Shown here in pieces: positions 49,946 through 64,000 of a DNA stretch of 64,000 nt. The translations under genes and the position numbers were made by a program. This stretch comes from Owenia fusiformis (taxonomy: Eukaryota), in NCBI GenBank assembly GCA_903813345.2, contig CAIIXF020000001.1, positions 16,554,001-16,618,000 on the forward strand, read 5' to 3'. Each line of letters begins with the position of its first letter. The stretch's first letter is position 1. The notes beneath the pieces were generated by a model. It was not told the origin of the DNA and made no database searches. It worked only from the letters and a program-made list of their open reading frames with translations.

Positions 49946-50755
49946 TAGTGTGTCCCAAAAAAAAGGAAACCAGCAATAGATTGCTTATTTCTCAAATATG
50001 AATAATGATAGGAAAATTTCACAGCTACCATCTGATAGATTATGATGTCCTCTTTCTTATGATACCAAAGTTGTCTATTTTCCTTCACGGATGACTGAGT
50101 TATAAGGGATTTAAGTGACCATGTCAGAAATGAGTTTGTACCACTTTCAGCCAAGTCAATTTCACCATCATAACAAAGTGATAAGTAACAACAAACATCA
50201 GGATATCACTCTTTTACTCATTTATTCCAATTAAAATTACACATATCATATTTAATTCCCCTTTTAAATCCCAATGTCCATTCAAAGTTGTTTTAACCCC
50301 AGTGTCCTTCAACATGACCCCCATTCCTTTCAATGCAAATGTCTGCCCTTGATCTCATAGCACGGCACGTACTGCATCCCTGATGATGTCTCTCTGTCCC
50401 CTTAGATCCTCCACTGCTGCGACAATCCTGGCCCTTAGATCATCAACGTCTCTTGGTGATGTTGTGTAGACTTTATCCTTGAAGAAATACCCCCAAATAA
50501 CCATCCTGGCATAGCCATTTTAATCCCTCATTGTTCAGCCATTCATGACAGAAAAAGTGGCACAAACCAATTTCTGACATGGTCATTGAAATCTCTTAGA
50601 ACTCAGTCATCCGTGAAGAAAAATAAACACCTTTGGTATCATGAGAAAAAGGACATCATAACCTATCAGATGGTAGCTGTGAAATTTTCCTATTATTATT
50701 TATATTTGAGAAATAAGCAATCTATTGCTGGTTTCCTTTTTTTTGGGACACACTG
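49946..50755 (-). mobile_element. Tc1/mariner-derived element with ~200-bp TIRs
   Basis: TA flanks; (C/T)AGTGTGTCCCAAAAAAAAGGAAACCAGC at both ends. An internal - strand remnant reads WGY..KDKVYTTSPRDVDDLRARIVAA..CIERNGGHVE, typical of Tc1/mariner transposase C-termini. Confidence 0.85.
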
Positions 50756-51691
50756 TAGATATTCAACCAATTTTACATATCTCTGAGTCTATGCTGTCAT
50801 TGAATGCAGCACTTCAACGACTGATAACCCTATAGTTATTATCACCCTCTACCATACACCCTCCCTCAAATGAGGCTATTCAATAAGTTTAAGGCAAGAC
50901 AGCATCTATGTGGTGATATAGTATTGCTTTGGTGAGGGATGTTTTGGATCATTCTAATACTAGTAATTGAACCAGACACCTAAAATGTATAACGTCTCTG
51001 ATCGACCCTTCCTGTCCGCCATCTTTAATACTGACCAGTGTCTGATGGAACATCATTATAAATTATAAATAAACATAAGAACTTAACTTGTCTTCTGAAA
51101 TTTATTGTACAGAAACGTACACAGGAGGTACATATTTAATAATACATGTACTATAGTAATTATTTCACATTCAAGTGTGTAAAATCAACAATGATGCATC
51201 CTTTACTTCATCATCAATAGTACATACAGAAACGGTACATATAGAAACTATAACATATATTATATACTACATAATAACATGCTAGGTTTCTTATGCACAT
51301 ACATTAATACATATTCAAATCTACTAAGCATTTATCGAAAATAAAAATAAATAATTTTTTAAGTCCCAATTATCATCCAAAATGTTTTTTAAACTTAACA
51401 ACTCAACAAGTAGCCTATATTCCAATTTGATATTTTTGGATTATCAACTTTGGCATAAGTCTGTCTGTATTTACACCATGTATGTTGTAGTATTTATAGT
51501 CAATCATCACATCCTAATGTTCCTTTCAATAGGCCTAATATTGCATTGAGTCACATAGCTGTTGTCTACACACTAGGCCAATGACCACAAATGCAGGTCC
51601 TTTGGATCTTATATCTGGTGTTGTCTCCGTTCTATATGTCTCTATAGAGGATCATGAAATAATAGTCTCAAATACTCAATGTCAAGTCTCT

Positions 51692-57152
<5,461 letters not shown>

Positions 57153-57190
57153 CCGAAATTTCTGAAATAATGAAAGTTACGAAACACAGT

Positions 57191-57202
57191 TGCGCATGCG
57201 TA
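57191..57202. promoter_or_regulatory. NRF-1-like site immediately upstream of SDHB
   Basis: TGCGCATGCGTA (consensus YGCGCAYGCGCR), ~40 bp upstream of the ATG. Confidence 0.6.
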
Positions 57203-57304
57203 CTTTGAGAAGCTCTTACTTAATTTCCAAAAATATGGTTTGCGGACTCGCATTCGCATTGGACAATCGGTCTACATTACATATCAATAATCTGATGTTA
57301 TAAG

Positions 57305-57671
57305 CCCGGGGGGTTCACTCTAAATAATTTGGGTAGGTATGTGCAGCACAGGCAATTTTGGCTTTGAGCATAAAACATGGAACTTGGCCAATCTGAGAGG
57401 AAAAAAATATGGAAAATTGTCTCAGAAAGTACTCTTTTTAAGTCAAAATTCATTTTTCTACAGAAAATTATATTAAATTTGTTAAATCAGTTGCTGAGGC
57501 CTGGAACAAATTACTAGAAAAGTTGATTTTTTAGTCATTTATTAGTCTCAGAGGAATTAAACATGGAAACCTTCAATTTTGAGAGGAAATTGAAATGGAA
57601 AAAATGCTCAAAATGGGGGTCTTTGGGGCGGCACATAGGTATTAACAAGTATATTGGAGTGAACCCCCGGG
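57305..57671. mobile_element. MITE with an 8-bp TSD
   Basis: GTTATAAG|CCCGGGGGGTTCACTC...GAGTGAACCCCCGGG|GTTATAAG. Confidence 0.85.
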
Positions 57672-58242
57672 GTTATAAGCCCATTTAAGCAGATTATATA
57701 TATAGTTTAATCATAGTTTAAAGTGATCGAATTTAAAAAGAATACATATTTAAAATATAAAATTCAAAATGACCACCCATTATAGATGGCAGAATATTTT
57801 TGGAAATACATAAAGATATACTACTATTTATTTACCGGGATGTATTTCCTAAGAAAAACTCCGCCATCTATGCATTATGGGACTGATAACAGCCAGACGC
57901 CTACTTGAGCGGATTGTAGTTTTTTCCAAGAAAGAGCAACAAATAAATTATAGAACTAGAGTATCATGCTGAGACTAATATACTTATGGGATGAGACGAC
58001 CTAACCTGCAATGGTAGAATATTTTGGATACGGGTTTCCCTGGAGTCTTGGGTGGAAAAAGCTTTTGAGTTCTTATTTCTAAAAAATAGCCCTAAAATAA
58101 TGCCCAGTCAGGCCAGTTTGTTACCTAAATTGCCCACTGAATTTATGTGCGGATAAGCAGATTTTGGGCCCTGAACATTTTTTGAGCTTCAATTTTTGAC
58201 CACACCCATGGAAGGATCAAAGATAGATTAAATAGCATATAA

Positions 58243-58444
58243 CGCTGGCGGATCTAGGAGCTATCAAGGGGGCACACATTTCAAATCAGAAAAAATGTCC
58301 GACTATCTGGCCTAAAAAGGCCAAAAAAGGCCAAGTTCATGTATTCCCAAAAAGGCCCAATAATTGAGGCCCTTCAAAAATATTTCTGGGCCTAACCGAT
58401 GGGGCGGACCCAATCTCCCCCTCCCGCCCCTGGATCCGCCAGTG
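58243..58444. mobile_element. MITE with a 5-bp TSD
   Basis: TATAA|CGCTGGCGGATCTAGG...CCTGGATCCGCCAGTG|TATAA. Confidence 0.8.
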
Positions 58445-59574
58445 TATAATGCCCGGTATAATGTTACATCACGTCCTCTCGCCCCGATCATTTCGCTCCA
58501 AAGTGCACAGTAAACCGTTTACTACCCGTGATTTCTAAGGAAATAATGAATGCTCCTCAAAATTCATGACGTCATAAAAATCCAATATGGAAGTAAAAAG
58601 TTGAAAGTGAAAATTATCACAGCATTTTCACTGAATGTGTTTAAATGGGAAGGTATACACATCATCTTTTATGTAAATTATGTCCATGTTGTGTCTGATT
58701 TCATGCTGAAATTAGCTATTTTTCTTAATCGCTCGGATAAGTCTACAAATTCTCTACCTTTGTGTTGATCTCACACTGACTCGAAACATTTCTCGGGATA
58801 ATTTTTAGATTTTTGGCCCGCCTATGTCTCATTATACTTTAAATAGTCAGCTTATTCCACAAGGACCAGAATTGTAGAATTGACTGAAAATATCTACACT
58901 TCTAGGGGCGTAGCCAGCTTTCAGTCGGGGGTGCGATCGCCCAAAAAATTCGGTTTTCACTCAGAGTCAGGGCGCTGTGCGATTGCGGCATAATGTAAGC
59001 AACGTCCCTATTTTTATTTGTTATGGGGGTGTGATCTATCTACCCAGTGACTACGCCTATGTCTTCCAATCGGGTGAATTTTCTTTTTGGGACAATTATG
59101 CATGCTATAGTAAAGTGTCCCCAGTGCACATCTAGTATGTATCCAACAGACTGACTAGAAGTCAGTCTGTTATGATGTACCACTTTCCTGTGGAAATTGC
59201 AGTGAAATTTTTTGCACAAAATTATCAATTGGAGGAACCATTTCTCCAATAAAATAAACATAACAAAATTTCAATTAAATAGTAAGGTACAATTAAATGC
59301 AATAAAATTTAACACAGCATATTGTCAAGTGGAAATAAAGCTAGTTGAAGTAACAAATGTGCAAATTAATTTTACCCAATCGGCCATTTTGAATAGTACT
59401 TCCTATGTAAACAAATATTTAGAATTACCAAACTTTAACATAGGTGCCTTATAGTCTGAATATAATTCAGACTAAATAGGATATAGTCTAAGTGCACATC
59501 GACAAGCCTGCACTACTGTAGAAGTCATATAAATCTGACCCTCGTATGATGTTATTTGTTGTTATTTTTTCTGA

Positions 59575-60295
59575 TTTGGATATTTATTTTTCTTGCATAC
59601 GAGGGTCATACACACTCCCCGCATCTATATTGCGGGAAATGCTTTCCTGGCCTGTCTACCTAACCAAATTCACACAAATGATAAATAAATTTCTTTGCGT
59701 CAACTATAAGTATTTAATCTTACCTTAGGCACTAAAACGCTTGGTTATTGAAGAAATATAAGCATGCCGCTTGAATTTTAAAATTTTTTCATTTTGCCAT
59801 ACCAAGGTCACTTCCAGGTTAATCTGAGTATAGATGTAAAACTATATCAAACTAAATCATAAGTATTTGTTACACAAAGATTCAGTTGAAAGGGAAGCAG
59901 TGTCGTTAAGAAGGGAAGTTATTTGGAAAAGTTATTGTTTCAAAATGAGAAAAGTAATAAGTATGAGAATCGATCTCTGTGTAATGAATAATTATGATTC
60001 TGTTTCGATACATGTTTTACATTTAGACTACCAGAAACAACATTTAGCAACATGGCGATAATGAAAATATGAATTCAATTGATTATATTTCGTCAATTAT
60101 CAAGCGTTTTACATGTCTAAGGTAAGATTTAACACTTTGATGTTGGAGCTAAATAATTACTCGATAATTTTTGTGACTTTGGTTAGTATGGTAACTATGG
60201 TTACCCAGACAGGCCAGAAAAGCGTTTACCGCAATTTGTTAGCAATTATATCTATGACCTTATATGTTTAGAAAATGATAAAAAATAAATATCCT
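59575..60295. repeat. Diverged long inverted repeat (old MITE) upstream of the Kelch gene
   Basis: Colinear inverted blocks: GATATTTATTTTT/AAAAATAAATATC, CTGGCCTGTCT/AGACAGGCCAG, AATCTTACCTTAG/CTAAGGTAAGATT, AAAACGCTTG/CAAGCGTTTT. Confidence 0.6.
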
Positions 60296-60772
60296 AATAA
60301 GAACAAGGAATATCAAGAACAGCATACAACGGTCGGATTTATATGACTAGCACTACTGGTAAATAACGCAGTAGCCTGACAGTCTCCACTGGTGCATCTT
60401 CTCCGTCTAATTTTCAAATGAGTTGAAACCAAACCATAGATCTATTTTAAGATGTTATGTTTAAATTGTATTCTATTCAAAATATATCACTGTTAAATTA
60501 TATATCTGCTTTAAATGGGCTTATTAGCCTTTGCAGATTATTGACATAAACATCTGTTCCATTTCTATCTCTATACATTATAACTACATGTATATAAATA
60601 CATAGATCAAGAGTAGACTAGCTGAACATGTATAGCTTATTAAGTTTTATATTTTATTGCAGATGTGACATGAGCAAAAAAGATCCAAAATGAACATTAA
60701 CTATTCTAGTCAGACAAAGTATTAGCCCAAGTCTTATGAACCTAGTCTATTCCTTCCACCAGTACACAGAAT

Positions 60773-62488
60773 ATGGCAGAACGAGACAATGAACCAGTCG
60801 TGGAATCTACATATTTAATTCACGAGCCATTATATGGACAGGGTATTCTTGCCACGCTTAATAAGTACAGAATCTCAGGGACTTTTACTGACGCAATCAT
60901 AACAATTGAACATGAGGAATTTCCTTGTCATAGAGGGGTCCTAGCTGCTAGCTCCCCATACTTTATGGCACTATTCTCCAGTGATTTAAAGGAGGGGAAA
61001 GAGGCAAGAGTTGTATTCAAAGACATGTCAGCTTGGACTGTCAAGAGACTTATCGAATACGCATACAGTGGTAGTTTAGAAATCACCGTAAACAATGCCC
61101 AGGAGATACTGGCAGCAGCTAATCTTCTAGAATTTCCTGTAGTCGTAGATGCATGTTGTAGGTTTCTAGAGACTCAGCTTCATCCAACAAATTGTCTGGG
61201 TATTGAAAAATTTGCTCAATTACATTCTTGTGATCATTTAGCGAAAATTGCTCACAAGCAAGCTTTGGAAAATTTTAGCTCTGTCGTGGAGTCTGATGAG
61301 TTCCTTAATTTGAGTGTTGACATTCTATCACACTACATATCAAGTGATCATATAGACGTTAGGTATGAAGAGACTGTATATGAAGCAGTCATAAAATGGA
61401 TCAAGTCAGATATTGATATTCGTGTGAAATATCTTCCTGAACTTCTGCAGCATGTACGCCTTCCAACTGTTGATCTGAAATATCTCGAAGACATTGTGGA
61501 GAAGGACTCTCTTATTCAAAGTTCTGTTGAATGCCGAGCATTTGTCCAAGATGCCAAACTCTACCACGAAACAAAAACAGATCAAAGTGGTAAGCGAAGA
61601 CTGAGTATGCAAAAGACTACTTTACCCAGACCATCCACTGTTGCTAAGGAGTGCATTGTGATTGTTGGTGGTATCGATGTCTACATTCAAACCAGTGTAG
61701 AAATGTATGAGCCACATAAAGATAAATGGAGTAAGCTGCCTGATCTCCCCGAAATGGTATCTTGGTATAGTGTGTCATCATTACACAATAACGTTTATGT
61801 ACTTGGTGGAATCGTTAATGGTCGTATTGTGCCAACTGCCTGGAAGTTTGACTCAGCTAAACGACTCTGGTCAAAAATAATGCCTATGATTACAGCGAGA
61901 GCTAAGCATGTTTCGACAAGCATGGACAACAAGATATTTGTGTTAGGAGGGATTAAAGCAGATGATACCACAGATGTCGAAGAAATAGAATGTTATGATT
62001 ATGCTACCAAGCAGTGGAGTCTAGTCGGTAGATCACCTAGCCCCAGGAAGCAGTCGTGTATTGTGCCCTATAACCAGACACTTATTGAAGTCGGGGGAAC
62101 TGTTGGATCCAAAACAACCGAGAGTTACGTTTATAATGGCAAAACGTTAGTCTACAGTGGAGAACAATTTGTACTTTCTGAATCTATTCAATTCGCAAAG
62201 ATTGTGGTTCTTAATTCAGTGTTCTTCATTATATGGGAAGATAGCAAGCAAGTTATTGCAATGGACCCTGTAAAGCGAACATTCCGCCGTCTTGCAGACA
62301 TGAATTACTCTCATGTTCACAGTGGAATATGTGTAATTGATAACAGGATTTACATAACTGGTGGGCTAATGGACAGTAAACCAAGCCAGGTGATAGAGGT
62401 ATACGATTCAGAGTTAGATACTTGGACAGTTGTGAAATCTATGTATCTGGCCAGAGCTTGCCATGGATGTGTTAGCATTCAGATGTAA
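60773..62488 (+). CDS. Kelch-like protein (BTB-BACK-Kelch), 571 aa, intronless CDS
   Basis: BTB (FTDAII..FPCHRGVLAASSPYFMALF..YAYSG), BACK (CCRFL..NCLGI..EETVYEAVIKW..VRLP) and Kelch repeats with GG/Y/W motifs. A probable 5'UTR acceptor is at ~60662. The orthologue cannot be assigned. Confidence 0.93.
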   Translation: MAERDNEPVVESTYLIHEPLYGQGILATLNKYRISGTFTDAIITIEHEEFPCHRGVLAASSPYFMALFSSDLKEGKEARVVFKDMSAWTVKRLIEYAYSGSLEITVNNAQEILAAANLLEFPVVVDACCRFLETQLHPTNCLGIEKFAQLHSCDHLAKIAHKQALENFSSVVESDEFLNLSVDILSHYISSDHIDVRYEETVYEAVIKWIKSDIDIRVKYLPELLQHVRLPTVDLKYLEDIVEKDSLIQSSVECRAFVQDAKLYHETKTDQSGKRRLSMQKTTLPRPSTVAKECIVIVGGIDVYIQTSVEMYEPHKDKWSKLPDLPEMVSWYSVSSLHNNVYVLGGIVNGRIVPTAWKFDSAKRLWSKIMPMITARAKHVSTSMDNKIFVLGGIKADDTTDVEEIECYDYATKQWSLVGRSPSPRKQSCIVPYNQTLIEVGGTVGSKTTESYVYNGKTLVYSGEQFVLSESIQFAKIVVLNSVFFIIWEDSKQVIAMDPVKRTFRRLADMNYSHVHSGICVIDNRIYITGGLMDSKPSQVIEVYDSELDTWTVVKSMYLARACHGCVSIQM

Positions 62489-64000
62489 TCTCTTCTCTGA
62501 TTGGTCGACAAAAATTGGTGTGTTCGAGAGTTAAACTACACATAATAGTTTATTAACAGTGAATACACATTGTCATTTCTGGTAGATTAGATTATGTAGA
62601 ACAATCATAAAGGACCTTAGCTATAAATTGTTCAAAACTGACCGTTTCATACGTCATATGGCAAGTATGTACTCAATTAGTCTCAATCAGTTCTGAGAAC
62701 AAGTCAGTATTGTGCAAATGTAATATGATGTCACCACCGCAAATGCAACATATTGTTATAAACACCAACTTTTTGTGGACATTGTACATCAGTTGGGGTT
62801 CATTCACAGTTTGGTGTCTATAACAAATGGCAGGTGGGGACATTTTGCATGTTTATGCATTGTGTTTCATGTCGGTAGTTTTAATAATCATATTTATTTA
62901 TTACTTTAATCATTGTAATGATATTGTTTCATGTTTACACCCAGTATTAGTATATTGCAATATAATATTTATTATAAATAGTCATAATATCACATAGATT
63001 CTCATTGAAAATAACTGTAAAGACTGTAGATGCTAGATATATTCAAAACAGTCAATTATATCATAAATTGCTTAGAAACTTTGTATCTAGTAGTTTTAAA
63101 CATTGTTTATTAAATGAGGATTTGTTTAGAAATGTTTTTTGTTGTTGTTGTTATAACATGCTATAAAATCAGGAAAAGTGGACAGATGGAAATTCTGTTA
63201 ACCGATATGTGTTGAGCAAAATTCATTTATGTGCCTTGAAATGAATGCCCATTGATTTCAAGGAGGATTGGCTCCCATGCCCAGAGTGCAACATCGATAT
63301 TCTGTCCAATATCTGGGCATGTTGTGATACAAAATTCAAATTCGAACATTCGCCATTCTGTTCACTTAAACATTTGAATCGTGGATTTTGGTCTTATTTC
63401 TAATGAAAAATTCCAAAACTCGCAAGAAATGATCGAGATATCGGTTTGAATCTTTTGAACTGTTTATTTTGAATTTATTAGTCAGTTATAATTTCAGATA
63501 ATAATGACATTTCGACGTTTTTATTGTTTGAAAATATCGAGTTTCGATCCTGGGAGCCAATCCTCCTTGCATGGATTTGAAATGAATAATCGAGGGGAAT
63601 TTATAGAGGGTATTTATTCTGAGAAAATCAAACATTTTTGTGATATAATGTATTGGTAACTCTTTAATGTTTCTCATCATAATTCCTGTTCTTACAGTAC
63701 ATGAAAGCAGATTCAGTGTGTAGTTCCGGTATGATTCAACCAGGCAAATAGATTTTATGCCATACATATGCATATGCCATGCATATATTGATAATTGACT
63801 GTCCTAAGCCATGTAAGCATAACATAGATGTACTTTTTTTACATTTTGTTCTTAAGTTCAGATCATCAGTAGATGTTCTGTAACAGATTAAAACTACTTC
63901 AATATACTGGTATCTACATGAATATAAGTATGAACCAATTTTGACAATCTAATTAGAATTGTACATCATAATAAATAAATATTACAGTTTTTGAAATAAA

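Overview
AT-rich, intron-rich animal genomic DNA with GT-AG introns. It looks like an invertebrate (possibly lophotrochozoan), but the species cannot be determined from sequence alone. I reconstructed by hand, with phase-consistent splice sites: a 7-exon NWD2-like NACHT/WD40 gene (- strand, ~1766 aa, ending in a CaaX box); a 10-exon secreted CAP(SCP/CRISP)-EGF-ShK-ShK gene (- strand, 14.9-41.1 kb); SLC66A3/PQLC3 (-); SDHB (-); and a BTB-BACK-Kelch gene with an uninterrupted CDS (+). The most striking feature is in the 11.6-kb intron 3 of the CAP gene: three paralogous two-exon genes on the opposite strand. They encode a secreted protein family I do not recognise (signal peptide, PLCK, ~65-aa coiled coil, CxC, Thr-rich stalk of variable length, invariant C-terminal TTEMYDSFDV) and share an upstream sequence module. 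Also notable are a perfect 104-bp inverted copy of NWD exon 6 in the adjacent intron, and many DNA transposons/MITEs with readable TIRs and TSDs, including a 3.6-kb CAC...GTG element with a 5-bp TSD. Three minisatellites are present. No RNA genes or CRISPR arrays were seen.
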